This document shows, piece after piece, positions 1 through 13,420 of a DNA stretch of 64,000 nt. Below the pieces are notes generated by a model that saw only the letters and a program-made list of their open reading frames with translations, searched no databases and was not told where the DNA came from. A program made the translations under genes and the position numbers. Position 1 is the first letter of the stretch. Each line of letters opens with the position of its first letter. Location of the stretch: assembly GCF_041146345.1 (NCBI RefSeq), contig NW_027191404.1:1922001-1986000 (forward strand), written 5' to 3'. Origin of the DNA: Neodothiora populina. Taxonomy: Eukaryota.

Positions 1-2514
1 CGCAGACGCGCGACCTTTATACAAGTGGGGAGATTAAAGCCTGTTGATCTTTCTAGCAATGCGGAGACCATTTGGGCTTGCTAATTGTGAAGCAATACCA
101 GACAGAGTAGCATATCCACCAGGACGGGCGTGCAGAGCACAGTACCGAAGGGGCTTTGCAGATCTTATTGAAGCTGAGGTCAGCACCAGACCCTATTTGT
201 TGAAGAGGGCGAATGGCAGCAACTTCCAGAGGCCTTGTCTTGCGCATAAGCGAGATGACATGGCACTGCGAGACATTCGGCCTTAATCCACGTACGCTAC
301 CCAGTGCATTACAAAGTCTATCCCAAGATTTACAATGCCATGGCCGGCGGCAACTCCGGACACGACGTCGAATATTACAGTATGGCGTGGTCGACGTGAT
401 CGGGGAGCCCCATCGCATATCCTCGAAATGTAGGGAGTTGGGTACTTTACTCACACGAGCGCACTACCGGCCCTAGCCGATTAGCACATGCAGCAATTCA
501 CGTTAACATACTAGCAGCCACGTTTTCGACCGTCAAACTCGTGTTTTGCCAATGCAGTACGGTTGGAGCGAGGTTCATATCTAGGAGGACGTGCTATGAT
601 GCAGCTCGATGGATCCGTACCCGCGAGAGGCTCTCAGAAGAGCAGCAGCGACGTTAGACTGGGCAACCCCACATATTCCCGGTGCGAGAACGAGTGTCGC
701 TTGGGTTGGGTCGGGAAGGGTTACAACCCAATTGCCGCACAGGCACTTTTCGGTGCGTTCGGAGGGGAGGTGCGTGCTCAGATGGCGCACACGGCCAATA
801 GTGGCCAAACGGCGTTGTTTCAGACGACGCGGACTGAAAACTGGCTTGGATGGCGTGCATACAAGTACAGGGGGAAGCAGAGGGCAATCCAGAGAACTCG
901 AGAACGGATAGATATGTAGGATAGTAGCAATCTCGGCAAAATAGTTGTCTCAATTTGTAATATAGAGCAACGCGCAACAGTGGCTAATGAGGCGTCGAGA
1001 GATGTGTCGGACCAGAGAGCACGATCCTCCTGATGGACGAATATCCGTCGATCTCTCTCGTCTGGGTGGAGCAGCGGGAACGGAACGGTACATGTCTTAG
1101 CCTCAAAGGTGGAGAGTACGGAAATGCTCTGCCCCGGTGCTCGACCAGGATGATTGACCACCAAGAAACCTCGGGCCTGACGTTCTTTCCAAAGCCCGTT
1201 GCGCCCAGCCACACGTGTACGCAGGAGAAGATTCCCTGGAGGCACTAAATCTACATTGACTTCAAGATGGTCGGACAGATTTACAGCACAATTGGAACTT
1301 GTTGTAGTTTCGAGATGACGTGGGTCACTCAGCTCAGCTATTTTCAGCCCACAGCATGAGACCGTCCACCCTCGCTCGACGCGGCAGTGAAAGACCGAGT
1401 CGCACATGATCGGGGCTGGCTGGGTTGGACTAGGACAGTCAAGTTCGCGAAGCGCAAGGTAACATATATGCGACATACCTTACTGTAGGTATCACGTACC
1501 ATAACAGTGACATGTGAAGTGTGCAGGGCACAAGGGGAGGGCGCCTGACTCAGACGGCGCCTCGGTTGCAGACAGGGAGAGTACAGTACGTTGCGAGAAC
1601 CTTGCGAGTACCTTGACTAGTGGTGGAGCAGATTCACCAGAATCAGTCATGGCGTCAGCCCACACTCTATCTCAAAGGCGGACCGCAACCTTGCTATTAT
1701 AGCCCCACAACCGGGCGTAGTGGGTGGTCTGGTTGGCTCGTTACCGTTGGCTTGTCCAGGCCCTTGGCTCAGGATACCAAAGTTACCAAAGACTCTCTGA
1801 CATGTACATACTACTAGAACCCGCCCGCCCAATCCTCGCGGCGTTCTAGCTCCTGGTTCTCTTTCTCTTCCACAGTTTTCTTCCTTGGAATAATAGGGTC
1901 AAAGGTCCTTGCTTCGTCGGCTCCTAGTACGCCAGTTGATTCTGTTCTCGTCTGCGGGGAGTATTCTGAGCAGCAAATCTGGAAGGAGAAATATAGAAGA
2001 AGGCTAGGAGATTTTCTTTCCTTCGCTATTTCACTAAGCTATCAAACGACATTCGAGCAAGCAATACCAAGACGCGCATCGCATCTGCCAGCGTTCTACC
2101 GCTAGACCCGACAACTCGATAACTGTCTCTGCCCACGAACTCTCTGTCTATCTTTGTTCCCTTTTATTCTAGGCATCCTGGCCTGTTCATCGTGACCGTT
2201 AAATCAGCAAGGGTGAGTTCTTTCCTGCAGCCTATTTGTCTATTCGAGGCGAATTGAGGACAACTCGAAGAGATCGAAGAGAACGGCGCCTGTGCCGATG
2301 CTCTGGTAGCTCGATTCCGACGACGCAATTTAGATTCTTCCTGCCCACACTCGCGGCACTGCGCGTCCCAGCTGCCCACTGTCGCTGACCAATAAGCCAA
2401 CAGAGACAATCGTTGCCTGCTATCACTTACAAAGTTGCTTATTCCATTTACTACTAAAGTTGTCCGTCATTTCGAATCCGTCCTCTTGGAATCAAACCAC
2501 CTCGACACGAGACC

Positions 2515-4346
2515 ATGGAACGGATCATCTCTGTACCGAATGAGACACATGCCCAGACTTCTCGCATTGCTCGTGATGGCCGAAAGATCACCTACAAGTT
2601 GAAAGTGCTTCAACAGCCCGAGCGTGCGCGCGCATGTGGTTCGGGTGCCAAATGTATGTTTGACTCCAGCACGCCGTGTCTGTGTGAGCCTGCGTCGAAT
2701 GCAGATCTAACAATGTCATCACAGCTTCTGCCGACAGACGTCCCGTTGACCCTCCACCAATTGTAGAGCTCCGCATCTACGAGGGCGCAAATGAGGAGAA
2801 GGATGTCACATTCCAGCTCAGCGCCAACTACTTCCTCTTCGCCACTCTCGAGCAAGCGCGTCCCATTGCCCAAGGCAGAGTTCCGCAAGACCCCTCGAGG
2901 GCAACTGTCCTGACTGGCACACCCGTGGCCGGTATGGTGTACCTTGACCGTCCTGAGCCAGCTGGATACTTCATCTTCCCCGACCTCTCCGTGCGTCACG
3001 AAGGCAAATACCGACTTGGCTTCAGCCTTTACGAGGAGCTCAAGGATATCAAGGATGCAGACCGTGTCGACGAGAACGACAGCAAGGCGCAGGGTCTGGG
3101 CGAGGCCCACGTTACCCATCGTCTCGAGGTTCGATCTCAGCCATTCACTGTCTACAGTGCCAAGAGGTTCCCAGGCCTCGCGTCAAGCACCAGTCTCAGT
3201 CGTACTGTTGCTGAGCAGGGTTGTCGCGTTCGCATCAGACGCGATGTCCGCATGCGCAGACGTGAGAAGCCTGGAAAGGATGGTTATGATGGCTATTCGG
3301 ACGGCGGTTATGAGCGCGCAAGGCATTCGGCAACTCCAGACATGTATCAGCAGCATCTCCAGGCAAGCCAGGGTATTGTCAACCAACGCGAAAGAACGGC
3401 GAGCATTTCCAGCCACCATTCCATCGTGGCAGCGCCCGATGTTCGCCGCACTTCGCTGCAAGACATGGCACAAAGCCAGGCCTATGCACCTTCTGCTGCT
3501 TATGGTGCCCCCGCTCCCTCTGCGCTCCAGAACAGCCAGGCAGCAGCCGCTATGTCCCAGCCTTCTCAGTACGGAGGTCCAGTCGCGCAACAGTACGCCC
3601 CGCAGTACTCTTACCAGCAGGCGCCAATGCCACCGCCGCAAATGTCGTACTCCGGCTATCAGTATGCTTCTACCGCCGCTCCTGTGCATCAACAACAACA
3701 GCAGCAGCAACACCAACAGCAGACTTATCAGTATTCTCAGCCGCCGCACGTAACATCAATGTCTCAATACGACTCTCATTCTCACGCACGCAATCCAAGC
3801 AGTGATTATGGTTCAACTATCGGCACCGACTCGCGCAGGTCGTCTGGAGTGGTTGCTCCGCCGACATATTCATACGGCCAGCAGGCACAAGGAATGCATG
3901 CGCAGTACCCGCCCCACAGCGGTAGCTACAGCATGCCTTCGACCACCCGAGAGCCTGTACAACATGCCACCACCGCGATCCACTCAGGAGCGCCTATGAC
4001 GTCTCAGATTCTGCCCCCGATTAACACGACAATGCAGCCCAGAGACAAGATTGAGGCGGCGACAGCTACATCAGGCATCTCTCCAACTCACCCATACTAC
4101 GGTAAAGGACTTGGCCAGACAGCACCTGATGCTGGAGCGCACGCAGGATCCAAACGCGGGTACGATAGGGTGTTCAGCACAACCCACATGCACGAGCCAC
4201 TGCGACAGGGCGCCAGACCCAGCTCTCCTTATGTCCACCAGAACGGACACAGCATGGACCAGAGCCACGACGACGGCATCGTCAAGATGATGTATCGACG
4301 CGCAGACGGACGTGAGATTGCCAGACCTCTCCCTCCCAGCATCTAA
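2515..4346 (+). CDS. veA: Velvet-family developmental/secondary metabolism regulator VeA (2 exons; intron 2654-2724)
   Basis: Exon 1 has LQQPERARACGSGAK. Removing GTATGT...CTAAC...ACAG gives SSADRRPVDPPPIVEL, then VAGMVYLDRPEPAGYFIFPDLSVRHEGKYRL and KRFPGLASSTSLSRTVAEQGCRVRIRRDVRMRRR (velvet domain). A Pro/Gln/Ser-rich tail ends in the VeA-type MYRRADG motif. Confidence 0.96.
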
Positions 4347-5546
4347 ACGCACGACCATCTACTGGATCTGTTTCGGATTTTGTTCTTTTTACTTCATTTG
4401 TATACGACATGACGAAGGTTTTGCTAGTTTTGCTATGGGCGCGGAATGAAAGGGTGTTAGCAAGACGAATGAGCGCAGAGATCATGGAGTCAGATGTGTT
4501 GCGTCGAGATTTTTACTCTCCTTAGCATTTCAGACGCGGACGGCTTGCCACTCAAACAGACCACAGATACTCCGGATTAAGCTGCGATGATTTTAACGGC
4601 TGACACAGTATCACTCTTTTTTTACCACATACTCATTTACCTTACTTTCTGATGGACAACGCGAGAGTGCGATGATGTTGTTTGTCTCCTCTGTTTTTGC
4701 TTTTACTTGGAACATTCTGCTCCTACAAAAGATCGTAGTATAGAGGGATCAATACCACTGTCTGATAACGAACAATGAAGTATGTGTTCTCCATTGGTTT
4801 TAGGGACGAATGCGCGCTTGCCAGATCCATCTGCTTGAAATATGGGAGAGACTCGTGCATACTATACTTGTACATTGCCTACGACATGAAAGCCATGGTT
4901 GTTAAATGTCCATTTTCTCAATATACCATGTCGAAGCTAGGTACGTTACCCACACAAGTCGTAGTGTCATGTCAGTCCATTTGCTCGGATCGGTAGTCAG
5001 ACAACCGGCCGCACGGGTTACAGTAATACATTAAAAAGTACAGTCCGCTTTTCGGCAATGCACTTGTACATGTTCCGTTCGTTCGTTCACTGCCCACCTT
5101 CGCCAGCGCAGCGCAGCGTAGCCAGTGCTGGGCCTCTTTTTTGTCCCCGGCCGGGGTCCACCAGGGTCTTGCTAATGGGTGCACAGACATTGGGACGGCG
5201 GGTTGGGCTCGAAGTTAATAGCGTGCTGTGTTTGTATGGTAACGGGGACAATCAGTACCTTAGGGTTTCTTGGATCAATAATTGGGGTCTGTGTTTTGTT
5301 TTGTTATGTTGTGCTGTGTGTACATTATTGTAAATAGATGTCTCTTACGTTTCCCTGCGGTCCATTGAATTATTACCATTGTGCATTGTTTCTAGTAAAG
5401 TCTGCGATCCATTCTTGTGCAGCGTGCCCGAATGCATATGCAGGTATCATTCATCACGGTCCCTGCTATTGTGTCTTTGCCTCTGCTTGCTTTTAGGGTT
5501 GTTCTTCGCCTCTTGTCAACATAGCAACGGAGTGGCATCCGCACGC

Positions 5547-5587
5547 ATCATCATCATCATCATCATCATTGTTGTTGTTGTTGTTGT
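5547..5587. repeat. Compound (ATC)n(GTT)n microsatellite in the promoter/5' leader of the 5687 gene
   Basis: Visible catcatcatc...gttgttgtt tract. Confidence 0.85.
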
Positions 5588-5686
5588 TTTCGTCCACCGT
5601 CAGCGGCGACAGAAGAGCGGAAGTAATCCAACGGTAGCGCTGAGAAGCGGTTAATACAACAACGGTACCTTGGCTGTACATGGAAA

Positions 5687-8333
5687 ATGGTATGTATGAT
5701 TCATTTCCAATCAATCAGCAATGTTCTACGAGGCTGATACATGAAACCAGGCCACCAGTTCGACGTTGATGATGGAGTTTGGCATGTCACCTGAGAAGGC
5801 GACGGCAGCCTCTGCAGCGACAGTCAATAGCTCCAGCTCCAAGAGGAAGAGGAGTCAATCTGGCGATTTGCACGGCGCGTATCTTAGCACCACTCCCAAG
5901 CGCAATCGTCCGACCAATTGGCCACTGATAGCCAGCGATAAATTGAGCGATGCCCAACGCAGCGTGCGACGCAAGCGCGGGAAATACGGCCTGTCGTCGA
6001 TCAGCAGGCGCCATGCCATGCATCATCGTCACGGCCAGGAGGATGTTGACAATGGCAACAGCATCGACAACGACAACGACAACGGTGACGCCATTTATAG
6101 AGGTCAGCGCGGTCAGTCTTCCACCCTCACCAGTCCCCACACCGGCTCCAGGTTTCAGGAAGGCTCCATGAACGACAAGCCGAGCATCGTGCCTCCGAGT
6201 CTGTTCCTGCGTGACCTCTCGGATCACAGTCTCGCTGCCAGTGCACGCAGTGCTAACGTCGACCATTTGATGGACGAGTACAACGGAGGACACTTGCGGC
6301 AATCCATCGAAGTTCCGCACTCTCCGCGACCTAACCAGACTCTGGCATACCGCCCTGCTCTAGCACCGCTCTCGCCTCAGATCTGTTCGCCTCAGGTTGG
6401 CACCCCCGACAAGTCAGGACTCTACAAGTTCGGTCGCCTGGTGGCCACTTCATTCAACCCCCTCAATGTCTGGGGGTCCTTCTCTCGCACCTTCAAGGAC
6501 ACCAAGGAAGACATGACCATCCGCAACATCGAAGAGAACCGTCGAAAGGCACAGCAGAAGGCCGACGCCGAAGCCAGATATGCCGAGATGAAAGCTGCCG
6601 GCCTCTTTTCTTCGAGCTCTCCATTCACTGTTGTCGTCCCGCCGGTTCGCTCAATTGCAAATCACGCCGATGCTCCATCTGCGGAGGGCGAGGATGAGCG
6701 ACATGTCCAGACGCCATTCCTACAAAGTCCCGTGAACGGGGAGCAGCGGACCATCACTGCGTCTCTCCCTGTCGAGCTCCCTGCTGAACTCCCTGCTGGG
6801 CTTGCGGCGACCGGCCCTGGTGCTTCTTCTGCTTCTAATTCTGCCGCCGCCGCTGAAGTGCCTCTGAAGCCTCTCAAAACTCGCAAGTCCCTTTTCGGTA
6901 TCCGCCGTCCCTCTTTCTCAAACCTCAAACGGCCTCGCTCTGACTCCAACCTCAGCCATCTCGCCAGTAACCCTCACTCGACGTCGACTTTTGTCTCTAC
7001 CGAAGCGAAAGAGCAGGGAGCAGGGACTTTACTAGAGCCGACCATCTCCAGACGTGACCTTGGCAAACAACAGAAACTCAACAAGAGGGTCAGCGACCTG
7101 GAGACTAAGCTGGCTGAAGCACGGCACGAGCTCAATTGCGCAATCAACAACGCTTCACCTCTTCCCAATCTTCCTTCACCTTTCGAGAAGTACAAACCTG
7201 GCAAGCACATGACCCCAAGCACCAGGTTTAGGTCGAAATTCATTCCGGGCAAGCTTGGCTCACTCCCTTCTGAGCGCCTTCTTTTCCCAGAACAACAGAC
7301 ACAGGAACCAGGACAGCAAGCTGCTCATTCAGCTGACGTTGTGCAGGACGGCGCGAACTTGTTCACTCCTCCCACCCGCAAATCTTCATTGGGTGGAGCT
7401 CTTTTGCATTCTGCCGGTTTCCAAAGTGATCATTCCACTTGTGACAAACCATTACCTGCTCCTCCGCTGATGGAAGATGATGTCATGGAAGAAGTTTCAC
7501 AACAAGACGGTGTTGAAGACGATGTCGATAGTATACGGATCACTGGCCAGTCACCTACATTCATCCCGAGCAACAACGAAGACGTTGACTCTAGCCTGAA
7601 GGTCCTTGATGCGGCTGGGAAAGCAAATGGCCGAAAGAAGAACGGCGCGAAAAAGCGCAAAAGCGATGTCGATGACGATCAAGAATATAGACCGAGCACT
7701 GCCACGGACGACGACTACCTAGAAACACCAAGGAAGTCAAAGAAGCGCAAGTCCACTTCCAAGTCTAGTCTAAAAGCCGGTAGTGGGCGTTCACCTCCAG
7801 ACAATGGTAGATCCACGAGAAGAAGCGGCGGACGTAAGAGCTTGGAGAGCGCGGTCACAAATGCTGGTAGTGAGGACAATCCCGATGATACAGCAGTCAT
7901 TGAGCTGCTTCAGCCGGCTGCCACTGAAGACATAATTGTTTTCGATCTCACCTCGAATGGCCCGACTGACGCCGCGTCGTCTAAGCGTACCAGTATTGAC
8001 AGCCAAGCTGCCCTCGATACTATTTCAGAGGAGAGTTCATTCTCTTCTACCAAACACGACTCCGGCATCACCGTGACCGTCACACAAGCCAAGGAACTCC
8101 GTAGTGCATCTCGCAGCTCACCACCTCCAGCCATCCACCTGGATTCGGAAATGATGATGCATGATGCCATAACAGCCACTCCAGGTGTGGACGATGTGCC
8201 TGAAATGCCTCGTCCGGTCTCCAAGTCGTCGTTGACTAAGCTGTCTATCCGAAAGGGTGCACCAAAGAAGAGAAAGGTCAAAGAGGCTATCAATGTTCCT
8301 GATGACTTTAGATGGCCTGACGATGTCTTTTGA
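5687..8333 (+). CDS. Conserved fungal hypothetical low-complexity basic protein (family often annotated as putative nuclear RNA-binding protein); probable first exon is the ATG alone, intron 5690-5750
   Basis: 855-aa ORF with SRFQEGSMND motif, coiled coil KQQKLNKRVSDLETKLAEARHEL, several K/R clusters (NLS-like) and C-terminal FRWPDDVF. ATG|GTATGT...GCTGAT...CAG splices in frame. Start is uncertain. Confidence 0.75.
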
Positions 8334-9386
8334 TCGGGTGTATAGTCGGATGACCACAATAATGGATGGCGGATCTTCTCGGCTTCCAGTATGTTCTTGT
8401 CGTCCTCATTTGGATAATCGAACTCAACACCTTCGGGACGCCAAGACCCGCCTACACTGAAAGCATTGCAGGCATGCACTTACGAACCGGGCATAGGATG
8501 AATCTTGCCTTGACGATCTGAATGTTTTTTTCCTCTTCTTGTTTGTCCTGTTCTTTCCAGCTTATTGATCGAGTCAAGCGAGTTTCCTCCCTTTTTCTCT
8601 ACTCTGTGTTTCCGAATAACGAACTTCCACATGAATACCGATCAGCGAGAACTGATACGACGATGGGAGATTAGCAAGGCCATGGCTGGCGATGAAAGTT
8701 TGTGTTCCTTTTTTACTCTCTCCTTTTTTGGCTTTATGGTTCTTGTCTGGATAGTCGATTGAGTCTGTTGAAAAGTCCTACCTAATTGATTGAGTCATTC
8801 CTTTTCTTGGGCTTGTCAGTTTTGTATAAAATTTTCGTATAAGGTAAGCATTCAGGCACGCACGCCGGTAGGCAAAAAGGTAAGGTAGAGCAGGTAAGGA
8901 ATATCCAAGTGAGCAAGTGAACACGTGAACAGGTGAACAAGATCCCACGAGCCCGAGTCAAAATCTGATGCTGTAGTAAAGTGATTATTGGAACTAACTA
9001 AGTTACTCAGATAACGAAGAATATCATCGATCCTTGTTCCTTGGCTACATAGCGAACGTCCTTTCCTTTCCTCTTGATGCGAAGCTTCTTTGCATTACGA
9101 TTGTTCGGATTCGCTTACAATGAAACAAGCAACAGTAGCAATGGCGATAACAACACTGACAACGGGAGTAAGGAATCAAGTACTGAAAAAAGACAAATCA
9201 GAAGCACACATCAAGAACAACAACAAAAAGCAAGAATTGAAAGGCTCGAAAGGGCGGGCAGAACGCACTACTCGTCAGGCACAACATCAGGCCGTGCCCT
9301 TGGAATCCAGAAAGATTCCTCCTTCGAATCCATTATATCGTCCTAGCTCCCTCACCATGACGATCACGAGGATGATGTCGAAACGA

Positions 9387-12300
9387 TCAAGAAGGCGAAG
9401 GGTAAAAAGTGACTGTTACGGTTGACGGTGCGGGGCATGAGCTCCCTGTTCCTGTCCCTGTTCCGTTGCTGGGTCCTCCACTTGTTGGGACCGACGAGGA
9501 GAGCGAGGAAGAAGGGGAAGAGAGCGAGGAGAAAGGGGAAGAGAGCGTAGATGATGGGGAAGAAAGCGATGACGATGACGACGACGACGACGACGACGAC
9601 GAGGTAGAGGCTGAGGTGGTGGCGGATGCTGTGCTTGATGTCGATGATGCCGAGGATTGAGACGAGGATGGTGATGCTGTTGCTGATGTTGACGACATGG
9701 GTATGGAAGAGGAAGGGAAAGATGCAGATGTGAGTGTTGAAGAAGACGATGAAGGAGAGGAGGACGGGATGGCACTGCTGCTGCTGTTGCTAGGAATCGA
9801 TGAACTCAAAGAAGACGATGAGATGACTGTGCTTGAGTTCGGCGACGCAGATGAAGACGCGGAAGATGTCGACAAAGAGGAGGAGCTTGTGATGCTGGAA
9901 CTTGAGACTGATCCGGGAATTGATGAAGAGGACGATATCGCTGATGATGTAGTAGTCGGGTTCAGGCTCGTACTGCTTGGTAGTAAACTGGATGTTACGG
10001 TCCCTGTATTATTGCTCGTTCTGTTTGGACCCGTCTGGGCGGAAGATACGAGGGTCGTCAAGGAGCTTGATGTCGAAAGGGTAGTTGATAGAGAGCTCGG
10101 GGAAGATGTCGTTGTAGTATTAATAGTACTAATGCTTGCAGACGTGGTCGAGACAGATGTCGTGGATGCCAATGAAGTAGAAGAAGACGAAGCAGCTGAT
10201 GACACCGCTCTAGCCCTGCGAGAGACCAGAGACACAAAGACCGTGGTACTGCTAGCGTTGCTCAATGCCCCCATAGTCGTGTGGAGATAACAGTACCCAG
10301 CGGTCATGGCGCTGTTGCCCGCATATGTGAAAGAAATGCAGCTCGTGCTGTAATCGCAAGAAGACATGCAGCCAGTCGCTCCACTCGAAGTAGCAACGAT
10401 AGAAGAGGCCGAAGCAGCAGTATCTGTACCACAATAGATGTTGTAGATTGAACCCAGGGTATCATTGTAAGACTTGCGGTCGGCTCCTGGACAACTCGGA
10501 TCTGCAGTTTGCGGGAACGCACCGCTACACACCTGCGGTCAGTATCACTCCGGAAGCTCAGTAGTCGTATTGTCATGTAGTTCTTACTCTTTCCTTACCT
10601 TGACTCTGCGTTGGAGGAGCTGCTTGTGCTTGACGTCCCCGGCAAGCTTGAATTAGAGGTTGTAGGCGTAGTAGAAGGTGTGCTTGATGAGGATAGAGAT
10701 GAAGACGATGACGATGTAGAGGCAGACGATGGAGCAGATGATGAAGACGAAGGTATAGAAGTGGAATTCGACGTGGTTGAATATGGACCGCTACTTATAG
10801 TGCTGGAGTTGGTAGGCGGCGTGGTACTGCTCAGTAGTTGAGATGGAGTTCTGCAGGTTGTGAAGCTTCCGCTGACTAGATCACGTTAGTTCTCAGCAGC
10901 ACTACCAAGTCCATCATGGGTCGCTTACTGTAGCATGTTTCTATCAAAGTCGAGGTCGCTGTCTGGGTCGCGCCGTTGCTATGGAAAAGATGACGTTTAG
11001 TATTTCTGTTGCTTCTTGATGCTGACATGTAAAACACCTACCTTGTAGTTGCTGTCACAGTTCCTCCAATGCTATTTCACTCTCATTAACTGCCCAAGAC
11101 TCAGGACCTCAAGATTTTGTTGTTGACCTACCTCGTGGTTGTTGCGGTCTGCGTCACTGTTGCTTCACTAGAAAGGAATAAAGGTCAGCCCTGGATGTCA
11201 TGTCAACGTGCATGCAACACGCTATACACTCACCTCACTGCACTAGTAAATGTGACTGTATTGATCATAGTGCTAGCCTAAAACCGCAATGTAAGTGTCA
11301 CAGTCATTACAGCTGACCGAACGTTTAGCTTACGGGAACTGTCGAAGTGTATACCACGGTCGTACCTGCTTGCGTTGTAGTCATGTAAATCGTAGAGGCC
11401 TGCCACAGGTCAGTGGATCTGCAGCGCTCTTCATACTTGATCTCGCAAAACATACGGGTGCTGTCGATGTGACAGCCTGAACCACAGTCGAGCCAGGAGC
11501 AGTGAAGACCGCTGTAGAGACTTGCGTGATGGTGTACTGAGTATGTAAGTATATGCAATAGTAGAGAAATAAGCTACCCGAAGGCTCACTGTATAGCTTG
11601 ATGTATAGGTCACCGTTGACGCCTGTACAATAATTCAGCTCAAATTCACGTCGTCTATCGAGGTCGAAATTGGCGTACAGGTAATGTGGAAGTCACGGTA
11701 TAACCGCCAGTGGTCTGTGTTACTGTCTGGGGTGGCTGGGTAGTTGTGACAACTACCGATGTACTACGAGAGGTCAGAAGCGAAACAAACAACCAACACA
11801 CCAACTTACGTCTGAACAACAATCGACGTGGGCCCTGAGGCTGTAGTAATCGCCGTGGATACAACAGCTGGAAAGGTCAGTGTAACTCAAGAGTTCGGAA
11901 AACCACGAACGTACTTGTCTGCTGAGTACTGATCTGTGTACTGACCACAGTACTAACAATCGTGCTACCCGCTTGGGTAGTAGTATAGCTGTAACAGGAG
12001 TTTAGACAATAGTGCTCAGCTGCTGTATCCCTGGAGGACTAACGTGTAAGTGACCACCACCGCACTTGTGGATATGTTCGCGCGGGCATCAGATGACGTG
12101 ACTGATGGTACAGATGTAGCGATGGTTGACGAGACGGATGACGCGGAGACAGATGACGATGAGGTGGAGACAGAAGATGAGGAAGTCGAGACAGAAGAGG
12201 TCGAGACAGGCGGCAATGCTGATGATGATGGGGATGGTGATGCGGATGAAGATGAGGACGAGGACGACGACGACGACGAAGTAGTAGAAGACGGCGTAGA

Positions 12301-13420
12301 AAAAGCAGACGATGAACTCGTGCTAGCTCCTGAGGTTGTCGTTGAGCCGGCACTATTCGAAGACGGCGAGGAAGACAGTGTAGACGACGATGGTAGCGAA
12401 GCCGGGGCGAAGCGCGCAGCAGCAACGACGGTGGAGGTGGAGGATGCAGTGTTTGGATGTATAGGGTTCACCGTTTTCAAGTAACAATATCCAGACACCC
12501 CTCCAGGCGAGGGCCCGTTACCATTGATACCACCTGCATAAACAAAGCCGGTGCAATTCGTGAAAGTATCACACCTGAAAAAGCAGTCGTTGAAACTGAG
12601 ACCAGTGATAGTGCCCGCAGCTGTATGACGAGAGTCGAGCAGTTAGCCTAATTCTCTACAAGAGGCATTGAACAGACGTACTCGGGTCGCCAGAATCAGC
12701 TCCACAGTATAGTGTATAATTATAACCGCTAGTATCGGGGAGAGTCTGACGGTCATTCGTTGGACATGTGTATGTAGGTGGCGGCGGCACGGAAACTATA
12801 TGCTCGATTAGCAGATATTAAGTTATGTAATGCTGGAGAGACTTACTATAAGCTGTGCGTGCAATCACTCCGACCCTCGTGTTTGCGGTTACTGTCTGTA
12901 TCGAGTCAATCATTGTACACTTGGCCCTTCGTGAAATCTTACACTCCAAGTAGAATGTGACCCTCCTTTGAGCAGACACTGCCCTGGACTTTCACCATAG
13001 AAAGGTGCAGCTGGCTCGTTGTTGTACGTGAAGCCAGTACAACCGGAATAGCCGTCACATGCACCGACACAATATCGCCAATTGGGAACCGGATTGAGTG
13101 TGAGAAGCGTGTTGCCAAAGGTGCCGACGCCGCACTGGAAGAGGTATTGTGTGTTGTTGGAATCAGTGAAGGCGTAAGTGTATGTTGTCGACATGCCAGT
13201 ACATTGTGGGAACGCCTGCGAAAAGCAAATGGAGATACGTTAGACAGGCTCATACTTGCTGGACGGTAAGCAAACTCACCGGAGAGGCACTTGGACTCCA
13301 GGTAACAGTGGTATATCCATCGCTGCCTGCAGCCATGCCAGCACCAGAGACTACAGGTGTTCCTTGTCCGTAGACAAGTGACACCAGCACTGCCAGCGCA
13401 AGTGTAACATGGTACCACAT
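9387..13420 (-). CDS. Secreted Ser/Thr-rich mucin-like protein with three PAN/apple-like Cys modules, about 16 introns
   Basis: Signal peptide MWYHVTLALAVLVSLVYG. Three similar modules: YLFQCG..CVGACDGYSGCTGFTY..CLLK, YTLYCG..CFFRCDTFTNCTGFVY..CYLK and YNIYCG..CMSSCDYSTSCISFTY..CYLH. They are separated by Ser-rich and Thr/Val-rich tracts. Manual GT-AG splicing gave an open frame; stop at 9387-9389. Confidence 0.8.

Noticed and set aside
820..1476. 218-aa minus-strand ORF upstream of veA
   Set aside because: No recognisable domain or compositional support; treated as non-coding.
9409..12484. Plus-strand Asp/Glu/Val-rich ORFs (9409, 9697, 10611, 12050)
   Set aside because: These are antisense shadows of the Ser/Thr-rich codons of the minus-strand mucin gene.
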